A stretch of DNA of 64,000 nucleotides, from NCBI GenBank assembly GCA_963799485.1, contig CAWCXJ010000006.1:448001-512000 (forward strand), given 5' to 3'. This document shows, piece by piece, positions 1 to 12,507 of this stretch. The stretch's first letter is position 1; the number at the start of each line of letters is the position of its first letter. This stretch comes from an uncultured Trueperaceae bacterium (GTDB lineage Bacteria; Deinococcota; Deinococci; Deinococcales; Trueperaceae). The translations under genes and the position numbers were made by a program. Below the pieces are notes generated by a model. The model was not told the DNA's origin, did not search any database, and saw only the letters and a list, made by a program, of their open reading frames with translations.

Positions 1-663
1 GCGTACCCGAAAGAGGTTCCGGCGCACGCCGCAAACGTCACGCTTACGGATTTTGCGGGTGAGCCCAGGGAGATTACCTTAGACACGCGGCTAAACGCCG
101 TTGAAAACGCGCAAGCCTTATACGAACGGGCGAAGAAGCGGGAGGGGAGGCTCGAGGGCGCAGCGGCCCGTGAGGAGGGTCTCAAGGCCGACCTTGCCGA
201 ACTGACGGAGCTGCTCGCGCGCCTGCCGACCTTGCCCGACGACGATATTAAAACCCTCAGCCAGGCCTACCTGAGCGAAACCAAAGCTCAGGGCCGCGCT
301 GCACCGGGCACGCGCTACACCAGCCCGCAAGGGTTCGACGTGTGGGTGGGCCGCAGCTCGAGGGGCAACGACGAGCTGACTTTCAAGCTCGCCAAAAGCC
401 GTGACGTGTGGTTGCACGCGCAGGGCTATCCCGGCTCACACGTCATCGTCAAGGCCGAAAACCGCGAAGTGCCTTTTGAAACCGTACTTTTCGCCGCGCA
501 ACTCGCCGCCGCTTACTCGAAAGCCGGCATGTCGGACAACGTGCCGGTGGATTACACGCTCAAAAAGAACGTCTGGAAGCTTAAGGGTGCTGCGCCGGGG
601 GCCGTAAACTTCAGTCAGCAGAAGACGGTTTATGTGACGCCGAGCCGTCGACCGGAGGAGTAA
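1..663 (+). CDS. Rqc2/RqcH (NFACT, FbpA-like) ribosome quality-control protein, C-terminal part (5' truncated by window)
   Basis: Frame is open from base 1. NFACT-R motifs VGRSSRGNDELT, WLHAQGYPGSHV, VDYT..K.V.K..GA.PG.V. Confidence 0.88.
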   Translation, partial: AYPKEVPAHAANVTLTDFAGEPREITLDTRLNAVENAQALYERAKKREGRLEGAAAREEGLKADLAELTELLARLPTLPDDDIKTLSQAYLSETKAQGRAAPGTRYTSPQGFDVWVGRSSRGNDELTFKLAKSRDVWLHAQGYPGSHVIVKAENREVPFETVLFAAQLAAAYSKAGMSDNVPVDYTLKKNVWKLKGAAPGAVNFSQQKTVYVTPSRRPEE

Positions 664-752
664 AAAGCAACGAGCAACGCGCAATGAGAGAAAAGCCTTT
701 ACTCATTGCCCGGTACTCGTTGCTCACTGCTTTTAGAGCGTAAACTCGACGT

Positions 753-2108
753 ATGGCGGCCTCGAGTGCTTCAAAAACAGTTTCTAACCGCATTGCCCTG
801 ACCGGGGTAAGTCTTTCGGTGCTCCTAATCGCCGTTCACGCGACCAACGACGCTTTCAGCAGTATGTTGGCGGCGCTGTTGCCGACCTTTCAGCTTCGTT
901 TTGGCCTGAGTGAAGGGATACTTGCGCTCCTCGTTGCCACGCTGTCGTTTTCGTCGTCGGTGTTGCAACCCTTTTTCGGTTCGCTTGCCGATAGGTTCGG
1001 ACGGCGGCTCGTCGGGGCGCTCGGCATCATCACGAGTTCGTCACTACTTAGTTTGATGGGTGTCGTCCCGGACGCGGCGCTGCTTTTTGTGTTGCTCTTT
1101 GTCGGTGGCCTCGGTTCAGCGGCGTTTCACCCTTCGGGGACGAGTATGGCGAGGGCGGCGGGTGGTCAAAATAAAGCGCTGACGGTAAGCCTTTTTAGCG
1201 CCGGGGGAACCCTTGGGCTGGCGTTAGGGCCATCGATTATCCTGCTTCTGGCGAGGACAGTCGGGTTGCAGTTCAGCCCCCTGCTGATGATTCCGGGCGT
1301 TCTTTTGGGCGTCGCCATGTACTTTCTCATTCCGGTTCAGCCCAAAACCGACAGAGCGGTAAATCCGCGTTTTTTCGACATGGCGCTGTTTCGCGGGCCG
1401 GTTGGGGTGCTGTGCGTTTCAGGTATTTTGCGGAGCGTTTCCTATGTGACGTTTACCAACGCCGTGCCGCTCTACTTGGTGTCGCAGGGCGCAGCGCGGG
1501 ACAGTTCGCTTATCAGCACGACGCTGCTGGCATTTTCGCTGGCGGCAGGGTTCGGGGGGATTCTGGCCGGCATACTCGGGCGGCGCGTCGGCTCGCAGCT
1601 CCTGATTACCGGGACGATGCTTTTAGCGTTGCCGCTCTTTCTCGCCATCTTCTGGGTTCCGGCGGGGTCGGTGCTTTATTTCGTTTTCGTCGTACTTGCA
1701 GGTATTCTCGTCAACGCGGGACTGCCGCTCATGGTCGTTGCCGCCCAAGACCTCGCGCCGCACGCGGTCGGGACAGCCTCGGGGATGATGATGGGGTTTA
1801 CCTGGGGTTGCGCCGGGATTCTCTATATCGGTAACGGGTGGGTGCAGCAATATGTGGGGCTGACAGCGGCGATGCAGTTGAGCTTTTTGAGTTTGCTGCC
1901 GGGGGCGGTGCTGGCGTTTTGGGTACTCGAGAAAGCAACGTTATGCTCACAGCTGAGGTCAAAAGAAGTACCGACCGGAGCGTGCTTTGCTGGTTGGCAA
2001 CCGTTTCAAAGGACGGCGCACCCAACGTATCGCCAAAAGAGATATTTTTGGCTGAGGATGACGCGTACCTACTCATTGCACATATCGCCTCGAGCGGCAG
2101 CGTGCTAA
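753..2108 (+). CDS. MFS transporter (Fsr/fosmidomycin-resistance-like). Homology ends near 1935; the tail runs into the next gene
   Basis: 12 hydrophobic segments; motif G.LADRFGRR, HATND, AAFHP. Confidence 0.85.
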   Translation: MAASSASKTVSNRIALTGVSLSVLLIAVHATNDAFSSMLAALLPTFQLRFGLSEGILALLVATLSFSSSVLQPFFGSLADRFGRRLVGALGIITSSSLLSLMGVVPDAALLFVLLFVGGLGSAAFHPSGTSMARAAGGQNKALTVSLFSAGGTLGLALGPSIILLLARTVGLQFSPLLMIPGVLLGVAMYFLIPVQPKTDRAVNPRFFDMALFRGPVGVLCVSGILRSVSYVTFTNAVPLYLVSQGAARDSSLISTTLLAFSLAAGFGGILAGILGRRVGSQLLITGTMLLALPLFLAIFWVPAGSVLYFVFVVLAGILVNAGLPLMVVAAQDLAPHAVGTASGMMMGFTWGCAGILYIGNGWVQQYVGLTAAMQLSFLSLLPGAVLAFWVLEKATLCSQLRSKEVPTGACFAGWQPFQRTAHPTYRQKRYFWLRMTRTYSLHISPRAAAC

Positions 2109-2296
2109 ATATCCGCAGCAACCCGAACGTCGCGTCAGTTTTATTGATGTCTTTGTGCAAAAGGGTTACAAGCTCAAGAGGCATGCAACGGTGATTCTGG
2201 ACGATGACCCGACGTTTGAACCACGCTTGGCACCGTTAAAAAAGAAAGCTGAAGACGCGTTCAAAGTTAGAGCGGTTATCGCCGAAAGTTCATGAC
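1943..2296 (+). pseudogene. Pyridoxamine 5'-phosphate oxidase-like FMN-binding protein, frameshifted near 2132 and truncated
   Basis: MLTAEVK...WLATVSKDGAPNVSPK...NIRSNPNV continues in another frame as VSFIDVFVQKGYKLK. Confidence 0.7.
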
Positions 2297-2357
2297 TTAA
2301 CTGTTTTAGCGCTGGTTATCGTTCTTCGAACAGGCTATCCTAGACCACATACGCAGT

Positions 2358-2642
2358 ATGACCGAACAAATAAAAACTGAGCAGTCGGTTTTTACGATGA
2401 GAGCATTGACCGCCTATGCCTTAAAGGATATAGAACGCTCGCGGTTTGTCGAGCTTCTAAAATTGTTTGAAGCTGATGTAGACAGGTCAACTTTGGATCA
2501 AACAAGAAACCTTTACAAATACCGAAGTTGGGTTGCCCACGGCAAGCGAGGACAAAAGCCGATCATTACCGATCCTGTCAAAACTTACGAGACGCTTTCT
2601 TCTTTTCTTGACAAAATTGGCAAGGTTGCGGGTTCGAGCTAA
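2358..2642 (+). pseudogene. AT-rich HEPN-like protein remnant
   Basis: Rx4H motif (YKYRSWVAHG). Frame extends upstream as LSFFEQAILDHIRS without a clean start. Confidence 0.45.
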
Positions 2643-2647
2643 AGATT

Positions 2648-3325
2648 TTACAAATAGCTCAAGCTCAGCACAGCCCGGTTAACCGCCCTCACCGCCCCGC
2701 CAATATCCCACCGCACTTTATCCCGTTCTCCAACGACGTTGCTGATACCTCGCAACTCCGCAAAAGGTACGCCTAGCGCGGTGCAAACCTGTGCGGCGGC
2801 AGCTCCCTCCATCGACTCTACGGCGACCTCAAACCGTTTGTAAAAAGATGCGGCGAGAGCCGAATACCCTGTCACGGTTTCAGACGTACCGAACGCGCAG
2901 GGCGTCGCCCCGGTGAGCGTTGTCAAAGTCCGGGTCAGCTTTGGGTCGGTCGGAAACGTATTGTAGTGTTCTCCTACGAGCGGAAATCCGAGCGTTTCCA
3001 TATCGTGCCAGTCTTCTAACTGAACGCCGGTGTCGAGATGCGTCTCTTGGGTCGCTACGGCAACTTGACCCAGCTCGAGCCCCGCCTCAGAGAACGCCCC
3101 GCCGATCCCAAACTGAATCACTCGGTCCGGTTTCAACGTGTGCAGCGCCAGCGCCAGACCCGCCGCCGTATTGACTTTGGCGACGCCCAAATGTGCCAGA
3201 TAGATGTCCTGCTCAGGCAAGCTAAAAAGCTCGCCGTAAAAAGAGGGGAGAGGTTGCCAGGGCAGAGCAGCTTTGAGGGGCGCGGCCTCGAGCCCCGTCG
3301 CCGTAACCAGTAAAGTTACCGCCAC
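2648..3325 (-). CDS. mqnB: Futalosine hydrolase (menaquinone futalosine pathway)
   Basis: PNP/UDP fold motifs GVAKVN, FGIGG, ESMEGAAAA, ELRGISN.VGERD...W. Confidence 0.88.
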   Translation of the reverse strand: MAVTLLVTATGLEAAPLKAALPWQPLPSFYGELFSLPEQDIYLAHLGVAKVNTAAGLALALHTLKPDRVIQFGIGGAFSEAGLELGQVAVATQETHLDTGVQLEDWHDMETLGFPLVGEHYNTFPTDPKLTRTLTTLTGATPCAFGTSETVTGYSALAASFYKRFEVAVESMEGAAAAQVCTALGVPFAELRGISNVVGERDKVRWDIGGAVRAVNRAVLSLSYL

Positions 3326-3969
3326 AGCTCAAACGCTCCCGTTTCAACCTGTTCAAAGACGAACGCAGCTTTGCCCCGCGTCTCGGCTTCAAAATGTAAT
3401 CTTGCCCGGAGTGCGGTGTCAGCTTGACCTGTGAGGGACTCGAGCACAAACGCCGTAAACTGTCGGCAGTTCTTGTACCACCATCGCCCCGACAGGACGA
3501 CCGTCATAAGCAACGAACGCGGTCAGGGTGTTTTCTAATTGCAACGCCAGGCCAACACTTGTCCTACAGCAACGGCGTACAAATCTAGTGCATAGTTTAC
3601 GGCGATAACCTCGCCAAGCGTGCGCGTCTGCGACCAGCTCACCTGTTCGACCGCCAAAGCGCCCGTTTTTACGGCGTCAACCGGCGTAAACCCGTACTGC
3701 GCCGTCCGTAAAAAGCCCGCGTTGCTAAGCGCCATTTGCCTCAGCCCGTCGTCGAGCTCGGCTGATAAAAAGCACGACGGCGAAACGTCTTGTTCACCGT
3801 AAAAGTCGTGTAGTTCGGCAATGCTTTCAGGTTCGGGATACCAGAGCGCGTTGCTCAGAACGATAGGCGCGGCGGTGTTGACGAGCGCTTTACTGCTGCC
3901 GAGTGGCGTATAGATTTCGGCAAGCAGCCGCCAGAAGTTGAACGCTTGGTCGTATCCGTCTGAACTCAC
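3316..3969 (-). pseudogene. Hypothetical (possibly GNAT-like) protein with two apparent frameshifts (~3550 and ~3460)
   Basis: GTG at 3969 directly after the ftsY stop; coding-like sequence continues across three frames to a stop overlapping the mqnB start. Confidence 0.5.
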
Positions 3970-3970
3970 C

Positions 3971-4914
3971 TCACGCAGCGGCAGTTTCGGGCATATCGAG
4001 CAGCGCCCGCACGTAGGCGGCGGCGTCGTAAGGCTGTAAATCTTCGGCCCTTTCACCGACGCCGATAAATTTGATGGGGAGCTTTAGCTCGCGGACAATC
4101 GGGAGCAAGATGCCGCCCTTGGCGGTGCCGTCGAGTTTGGTGACGACAACGCCCGTTACACCTACGGCTTCGTGAAACTTTTTGGCCTGTGCCAGACCGT
4201 TTTGTCCGGTTACGGCGTCGAGAACGAGCCAGACCTCTTTGGGTTCGTCCGGGTCGGCTTTGGCAATGACGCGTTTGACCTTTTTGAGTTCTTCCATCAG
4301 GTTGTGTTTGGTATGGAGGCGTCCGGCAGTGTCAACGAAAAGGAGGTCTAGGCCGCGAGCCCGCCGCGCCTGCGCTGCGTCGAAGGCTACTGCGCCAGGG
4401 TCGGAGCCGTCCGGCCCGGAAATCGTCGGGATGCCGAGGCGACCGCCCCAGACTTCTAACTGCGCCGTCGCCGCCGCCCGAAAGGTGTCACCCGCCGCAA
4501 ACATGACCTTCTCACCGTGCCCGGTGTAATACTGCCCCAACTTGGCAATCGTGGTGGTTTTACCGACGCCGTTCACGCCGACGACCATCACGACTTTGCC
4601 TTTGGGTTCGACCAGATTACGCGACACATCGAGGTTAAACCCGACCCGGCGAAGTTTTTGGCGCATCCGGTCGGGCTCGAGCTGATCCAACAAGGCTTTT
4701 TCCAACGACTCCCGGAAGCTCGTCCCACGCTCGCGTTCGCGTTTCGCCTCCGCGACAACTTCAGCGGCAATTTTCGCGCCCGTATCGGCCCCGATGAGGG
4801 CGAACTCGAGGTCGTCCCACTCCATCTCCCACGAGCGGCCCAGATCGCGCACGTCGGTGGTGAGCATGTCACGGGTTTTGCCCAGCCCTTGCCGGAGTCT
4901 GTCAAACCAGGCCA

Positions 4915-4915
<1 letters not shown>
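3971..4915 (-). CDS. ftsY: SRP receptor FtsY
   Basis: GVNGVGKTTT, DTFRAAA, DTAGR, TKLDGTAKGG. Confidence 0.98.
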
Positions 4916-6408
<1,493 letters not shown>

Positions 6409-6636
6409 GGTTCCTCCCAAGTGAGCCTAGTTTAACGTGAGCCGGTCTGAGAGGGTGTTTTGTGCGCTCTCTCACGGCTGACCGATACAGGTTCGAAGTC
6501 GTTGTAGCGAAAAGCTGTTATGGCTCTTTTCTGACGCCGAACGCAGCCTTTACAAGCGTGGGGCTGAAATAGGGCTCGAGCAAACCGTCAGCGTTTTACG
6601 GCGATGGTTTACGGCAGAGGTTTCGTGAAGGTTTTG

Positions 6637-6678
6637 CAAAAGTTTTACGGCAAAAGTTTTACGGCAAAAGTTTTACGG
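6637..6678. repeat. Tandem repeat, 3 x 14 bp (CAAAAGTTTTACGG)
   Basis: Exact copies at 6637, 6651, 6665. Confidence 0.9.
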
Positions 6679-6686
6679 CGACGGTT

Positions 6687-7511
6687 CTACGCTAGAGGTT
6701 GCAGTATCCCCAAAGCCAACAGTACGAAGACGACGACGCCTAGACCGATACGGTACACGACAAACGGCAGGTAGCTGTTACGGCTCACATAACGGAGCAG
6801 CCACGCAATCGAAGCGTAGCCGACGACAAACGAGGCGACCGTAGCGATGAGCGTCGGAGCCAAACCGGGGCCGTCACCGACTGAAATGTCTCCCAGCTGA
6901 AAAATCCCCGACGCCAAAATTGCCGGAACCGAGAGTAAAAACGAGTAGCGGGCGGCGGCTTCGCGGGTATAACCCAAAAAAAGTCCGGCGCTGATGGTCG
7001 AGCCCGAGCGCGACACGCCGGGGATAAGCGCCAAAGCCTGAAAAAAGCCGTAAACCAGGCCGTCACGGAGCGTCAGGTCGTCTACACTTTTACGCTGACG
7101 ACCCGTGCGGTCGGCCCACCAGAGCACCAGCCCAAGCAAAATGAGGGTCGTGGCGACCACCCACAGGCTACGAAAAATCGTTTCAATCTGGGTTTGAAAA
7201 AGCAGCCCGAGGACGGCAATCGGCAGCGTCCCCAAGAGGATGTACCAGCCGAGGCGGGCGTCCGGGTCGGCGCGGAGACTCGGCGTAAAAAGCGAGCGCG
7301 CCCAAACAATCAAAATGCGCCACAAGTCGCGGATAAAAAAGATAATCACCGCTGCAATCGTGCCGAGCTGAATCACGGCGCTAAAGGCCGTACCGGGGTC
7401 GCCCCACCCGAAAAGCGCGGGGAAGATGCGGAGGTGGGCGGTACTCGAGACCGGCAAAAACTCGGTCAGACCCTGCAAGGTGCCTAGGATAATGGCTTGA
7501 AACGTTGTCAT
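6687..7511 (-). CDS. uppP: Undecaprenyl-diphosphate phosphatase
   Basis: QGLTEFLPVSSTAH, PGVSRSGSTI. Confidence 0.97.
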   Translation of the reverse strand: MTTFQAIILGTLQGLTEFLPVSSTAHLRIFPALFGWGDPGTAFSAVIQLGTIAAVIIFFIRDLWRILIVWARSLFTPSLRADPDARLGWYILLGTLPIAVLGLLFQTQIETIFRSLWVVATTLILLGLVLWWADRTGRQRKSVDDLTLRDGLVYGFFQALALIPGVSRSGSTISAGLFLGYTREAAARYSFLLSVPAILASGIFQLGDISVGDGPGLAPTLIATVASFVVGYASIAWLLRYVSRNSYLPFVVYRIGLGVVVFVLLALGILQPLA

Positions 7512-7698
7512 AAAGTGACCTCGAGCTTAAGAGTAAGGGCGAAATGTCATAGCAAAACCCCGGCACCGCCCTGTCCACCGACTGTAGAGAAAACACAGTT
7601 ACCGTAAAACGGCCCGTATCTTAAGACAACTTTGCTTTACAAAGGCAAAAGAAAAGGCTGAGTCGTGCTGACCCAACCTCTTAAAGACCTGTAAAGCT

Positions 7699-8085
7699 CT
7701 AGCGCTTGCTGTACTGCGGGGCGCGGCGGGCTTTGCGTAAACCGTACTTTTTACGCTCGACCTCACGGGCGTCGCGGGTTAAGTAGCCGCCCGGTTTGAG
7801 GCGAGCCCGAAACTCGGGATTGACTGCGACCAACGCGCGGGCGACACCTAGCTTAATGGCGTCGGCCTGACCGCTCGGGCCACCGCCTTTTACAGTGATA
7901 AGAGCGTCGTAGCGTCCGGCGGAACCGGTGACTTTGAGGGGCTCTAGCGCCTGCACGCCGACCAGGATACCGCGAAAGTAGTCCTGAAAATCTTTGCCGT
8001 TGACCGTAATGCGGCCGCCGCCGGGGCGCAAAAAAACGCGGGCGACGGCGGCTTTGCGGCGACCTGTACCGTAAAACTGTTCCAT
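7699..8085 (-). CDS. rpsI: 30S ribosomal protein S9
   Basis: [11 protein letters not shown] ... ERKKYGLRKARRAPQYSKR. Confidence 0.98.
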   Translation of the reverse strand: MEQFYGTGRRKAAVARVFLRPGGGRITVNGKDFQDYFRGILVGVQALEPLKVTGSAGRYDALITVKGGGPSGQADAIKLGVARALVAVNPEFRARLKPGGYLTRDAREVERKKYGLRKARRAPQYSKR

Positions 8086-8507
8086 TAAACGCTCATCTCC
8101 TTGGGTTGCTGGGCGGCGTGCGGATGGGCACTGCCGGGGTAGACCTTGAGGCGGCGGATCATCCGGCGGCCCAAACGGGTTTTTGGGAGCATTCCCCAAA
8201 CGGCGTGCTCTAGAATACGCTCGGGGTGCTTTGTAAGCACGGAGCGGGCGTTCGTCTTTTTGAGGCCGCCCTGATAGCCGCTGTAGCGGGTATAGACCTT
8301 CTGGTCGAGTTTTTTGCCGGTAAAGACGACCTTTTCGGCGTTGATGACGACGACGAAATCGCCGCTCAGTTGGTTCGGCGTAAAGTCGGGTTTGTGTTTG
8401 CCCCGTAACACGGTGGCAATCTGCGTGGCAAGTCTACCGACGGTCTGCCCTTCGGCGTCAACCACGACCCAGCCGTTCGTGGGTTCTTTGGGAAAGTAGG
8501 TTTTCAC
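8085..8507 (-). CDS. rplM: 50S ribosomal protein L13
   Basis: [12 protein letters not shown]...LRGKHKP; GTG start after GAGGA. Confidence 0.97.
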   Translation of the reverse strand: MKTYFPKEPTNGWVVVDAEGQTVGRLATQIATVLRGKHKPDFTPNQLSGDFVVVINAEKVVFTGKKLDQKVYTRYSGYQGGLKKTNARSVLTKHPERILEHAVWGMLPKTRLGRRMIRRLKVYPGSAHPHAAQQPKEMSV

Positions 8508-8941
8508 GTTCACATCCTCGTAAAGTTTGGTCAAAATCAAGTTCGCACCTGTATCGCGCGCTGACCCGATGACGGGTGGGGGAGGTCAGCCGCGAAGCCA
8601 AAGGGCAGTGTAGCATATTTGTTCGCGTGGGTAGTGGGTTTGGGCGCGGGGCTCGCGCCTTCTCTCGCAGCCGACCTCAGCTCGGGCTGAACTACGGTTT
8701 TTACCTGTTCTGCACCTACCTACTAAGCTGGACAGTACGCAAGCGGCGACCTCCTAAACGTCTCTAAAAGAATATTAAGAAACCTTCATCTAATTCTCAA
8801 TTTTTTTCTCATCAATGAATTATTATTTGCTCATTAAAACTACTTAAACACATTTCTTAAATACACTTCTTAATCTGGCATACTTAGTGTTCTGATCGTA
8901 AAGCTGTAGCACAAATTTGCAGTATCAGGGAGGTGGCGGGG

Positions 8942-9352
8942 ATGTCTCGAGCTTTAACTTTGTTGCTTTTGGTCAGCCTTGTTTTAACTGCGTGTTCCAA
9001 AAACGAAACGCTGAATGTCAGCGGTATCTGGGTGGGGGAGGCTACTTCTGAGGTCACCTTACCTTTACGGCTTGACCTCGAGCAAACCGGACAAACGCTT
9101 ACGGGTACTGTGACGCTCGCGGAAGTTGTAGAGCTGGACTTGACCGGCAAGGTAGACGCGCAGCAGGTCAGCTTCTCCTTTTCGTACAACCTGGGTAGCA
9201 TCAGCGGGGGCAACGAGATCGTTGCCTACTACGCTTTTACAGGCACTGTTACAGGTAACACTCTGGCCGGTGACGTGAGCGTTTCTGCCGATAGTGCGGG
9301 GCCGCCGCTGCCGCCGGTAGCGGGTACTTTCAAGGTGCAAAAGCAGCCGTAA
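8942..9352 (+). CDS. Hypothetical beta-rich lipoprotein
   Basis: Lipobox VLTAC; RBS GGAGG. Confidence 0.75.
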   Translation: MSRALTLLLLVSLVLTACSKNETLNVSGIWVGEATSEVTLPLRLDLEQTGQTLTGTVTLAEVVELDLTGKVDAQQVSFSFSYNLGSISGGNEIVAYYAFTGTVTGNTLAGDVSVSADSAGPPLPPVAGTFKVQKQP

Positions 9353-9537
9353 CACTTTCTGACCTTTATCCGCTCACGCTCTGTTTCTAGGTAGGCACTG
9401 CTAAATCTTGCGAAAGGGAAACTGTTTTACGCCGCCTGAAGCCGAAACCCTGCTGAGCTGCGTAGCTGCTTGTATCCACGGGCAGCTGTATACGTTCAGC
9501 ACTCCCTGCTTTCGCAGCTACCACCTCAGAGGAGATT

Positions 9538-9687
9538 ATGTATAAAGCTCTCTTCGCCTTTCTTCTGCTGTTTCTAACGGCCTGCGGTTCGCCCGCAACT
9601 GCAGATGTTCCGCCCACCATAGAAGTACAAGGCACCTCCACAGTCTTACAAAACGCTGCAGGTGTCTACGACGACGACGGTGCGTAA
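9538..9687 (+). pseudogene. Short or truncated lipoprotein (MYKALFAFLLLFLTACGS...)
   Basis: RBS GAGGAG and lipobox LTAC; early stop, coding-like sequence continues in another frame. Confidence 0.5.
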
Positions 9688-9955
9688 CGCCACCTTGGGT
9701 ATCAATTCGACGACGCCAAGCTTAAAAGGTAGCTACTTGTACGCCACAGCGACAGCCAGGTTGAGGCGCAAACCCGACAAGTTCCGGGTCGGCCGGGTTC
9801 ACTGTTTCTACATGCGTAAGCCCGGGTCTCACCCCTTTGCCAGGTCTTTACACCCTGCAATTTCGTGGTAAGCTTTCTTGGGGCTCACATATGCTTGTGA
9901 GCGAATAGAAGAGGCCAGAAGTGGCGCAGCTTGTATGTAGGACGTTGTAAAGAAC

Positions 9956-10032
<77 letters not shown>

Positions 10033-10130
10033 GAGAAAGCATGTGCAGCACGGCAAAAGTAGACCCCCGCACTTGACGGGGGTTGCTCTTTAGGGGCCGA
10101 TTTACTGCTTAACTACTGCTACAGGGTTTT

Positions 10131-10542
10131 TTAGTTTGTCCCGGCGCTCTCCCTACCTAACAGCACATCTAAGCTAATCGCCGTGCGCTCCCGGTGCTCC
10201 TCAAACATATGCGAGTAGCGGCGCAAGGTAAACGAGGCGTCGGTATGGCCTACCCGGTCGGCTATCGCTTGGGGGTCTATGCACTGCTTTACCAGTAGCG
10301 AGACGTGAAGGTGCCGGAGGTCATGAAGTCTAGCCTCGAGTCCCGTCGTTTTTTTAAGCTGTTGCCACGAGCGTTCAAAGTTACGCGGGTGTATCGGCGT
10401 CCCAGCTTCAGAGACGAATACGAGCCCGGTATCAGGGGGAGCGCCCCGTTGCCCGCTGCGCGTCCTGCGCTTGCCGGTGAGTCTGAGCACTGCGTACACA
10501 TCCGGGGTAATCGCAATGCGCCGGGTGCCCTGTGTGGTCTGA
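10131..10542 (-). pseudogene. Tyrosine integrase C-terminal remnant next to tRNA-Ala, cut by IS630
   Basis: IHPRNFERS, RLHDLRHLHVSLLV, GH....T...YSH; close paralogue of the integrase at 55921. Confidence 0.88.
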
Positions 10543-11665
10543 TACTCATTCCGGCCAAATCCCGAATCAAACGAGGGGCCACCAGTGAAAGAGGGTGTGC
10601 TGGGAGATGAGGTCAGGTTGGGTACGCAAGTAAGCGCAGCGTTTGGAGAGGACCGCTTGCAGGTCGTCAAGGGTGTCGAACACACGGTTAGCAAGGGGTT
10701 TGTCGGAGAGGTTACACAGACGTTGGGCAGGTTGCAACTCTGGCGAGTAGGGGGGCAGAAAGAGTAGTTCTACCCCTTCGGGAACGCGCAACTTATCGCT
10801 GGTATGCCAACGGGCTTGGTCCAGCACCAGGAGCATAGCATGGTCTTTAGCCGCGCCCAGGTCGTGAGCCAGGTTGTCGAGCACACAGCTTAAGCTTTCG
10901 CTGTCTACGTGTGGGAGGATGTAGAACACTGACTGGCCGGCTTCAGGATTGGCAAAAGCGTACAAGTAGCGCCACTTATAGCGGTGATGAACCGGTGCAA
11001 TAGGGCGCTCGCCTTTGGCGGCCCAGATGCGTCTAAGGATCGACTTGAGTCCTAAACGGTGTTCATCAAATGCCCACACGGATACTCGGGAGTAACGCTG
11101 CTTGAGCTGGGCTACCCGCTCAGCAAGAACGTTTTTTTGAAGTCTTCTTGCGCCGCACCATCGGCTTGGCGGTGCCAGGGTCGCGGACGCTGCAAACTGA
11201 AACCGAGACGTTCCAGGTACTCACAGCCGCGTTGCACGTGAACCGGCTTGTCGAGTTGCTGAGCCATCCAAGCCGCTACTTTCTTACCGCTCCACACGCC
11301 CCCTGCTGTGGGAGGTTGTTGCAAAGCGGCGTAAAGGGCTTTTTGTTCAGCCTCGTTTAGCAAAGGCGCGAGGCCGGGGTTGTGGTGCCGTCGGTCTTTG
11401 AGTCCACCAAGTCCAGCTTCGTTATAGCGGTGAATGATGCCGACCAGCGCGGAGTGAGCGTAAGCTGTCACCGCCCTGACTTCATCCCGACTTTTGCCCT
11501 CAGCTAATAGCCACACCGTTTGGATACGTCGCCTCTCAACGGCGTCGGTCGATGATCTATATGCCGCTTTGAGTTCTTTGACCTCGTGTTGCACCTTTAG
11601 CTCGAGCTTGGGTCTCCCTGTTCGTGCCATCTCTCTTTATACTGCTTTTAGCCGGGTTCCTTATA
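10543..11665 (-). mobile_element. IS630-family element (orfA 11112-11630, orfB ending 10567, A7 slippery site ~11132)
   Basis: HTH orfA; DEHRLG, LDQ, LPPYSPELQPAQ (catalytic E appears as Q); imperfect TIR CCGGC.AAA at both ends. Confidence 0.88.
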
Positions 11666-11699
11666 ACTCGTGTACTGCGAGCCCTTGTCGCTCAGGTGA

Positions 11700-12200
11700 A
11701 GGCTAAGAGCCTCTGAGCTTTGCTCTAACCTGGTGATGGATCAGCTTAGAGATGTGGCGCTGTTTGGTTGCTATGCTTAGCGCCTGAAGCACGAGGTCGG
11801 TTTTCATGTGCTCAGCCTCATCGCGTAACCAACAATGCGCTTCGAGTAGGCGTCCATCACGACCGCCATATAAAGCCAGCCTTCAGCTGTCTTCACGAAG
11901 GTGATATCCGAGTACCAGACTTGATTGTGGTGACCTCGGGCTTGGGGACGAGCAAGTTGGCGGTTGCCGGCAACGTCTCCGGCGTTTTGCGATGTTGGTA
12001 TTTGCGCTTGGGTAAGGCGTAAATGCCTGCTCGCCGCATCAGCCTCTTGACTCGCTTCAGGAGCACTGTAGCCTTGTTCGGCAACCGGTTTTGCCGCGTC
12101 GATCTTGAAGACCATGTCGTACTGCCTCTTGTTCATGACAACTCCCTCCCGGAGCATTCTGCTCCTTCGTTTGTTGTCCGCTGAACCCTACCTGAGTCCA
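11700..12200 (-). pseudogene. Degenerate IS3-family transposase fragments
   Basis: KRVKRLMR; NQVWYSDITFVKTAEGWLYMAVVMDAYSKRIVGYAM. Confidence 0.8.
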
Positions 12201-12371
12201 CTTGTCCTTGACACTAAGCCTCTAGACGATGTTTCTAGGCTTTTGTCGTGTACTTAGATCGCTGAGTACAACCTTGAGTGCGTCAGTTGGTATCTGCTCA
12301 TTACCGCTCTTTTTTGTCCCGGTAGTTAAGTGTGCAACCTACGGTTTGCAAGACGCGTCGCCATGCGGTTT

Positions 12372-12389
12372 CATTAAGTTTCCATTAAG
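12372..12389 (+). promoter_or_regulatory. Candidate OmpR-family binding site (CATTAAG-N4-CATTAAG) before a CATACT -10
   Basis: Direct repeat with 11-bp period upstream of a gene cluster encoding an OmpR-type regulator. Confidence 0.45.
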
Positions 12390-12507
12390 CTTTCAGGGGC
12401 ATACTCGAGGAAGCTTAGGTAGCTCGACTGCCGCCGGAGGGTCTGAACACGCAATACCAACGCTTTGACTTCAGTTAGACTCGAGGGGACGCAAGTGAAA
12501 GGTTGAT

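Noticed and set aside
6637..6678. Repeats as possible CRISPR array
   Set aside because: Contiguous 14-bp units without spacers; no cas genes in the window.
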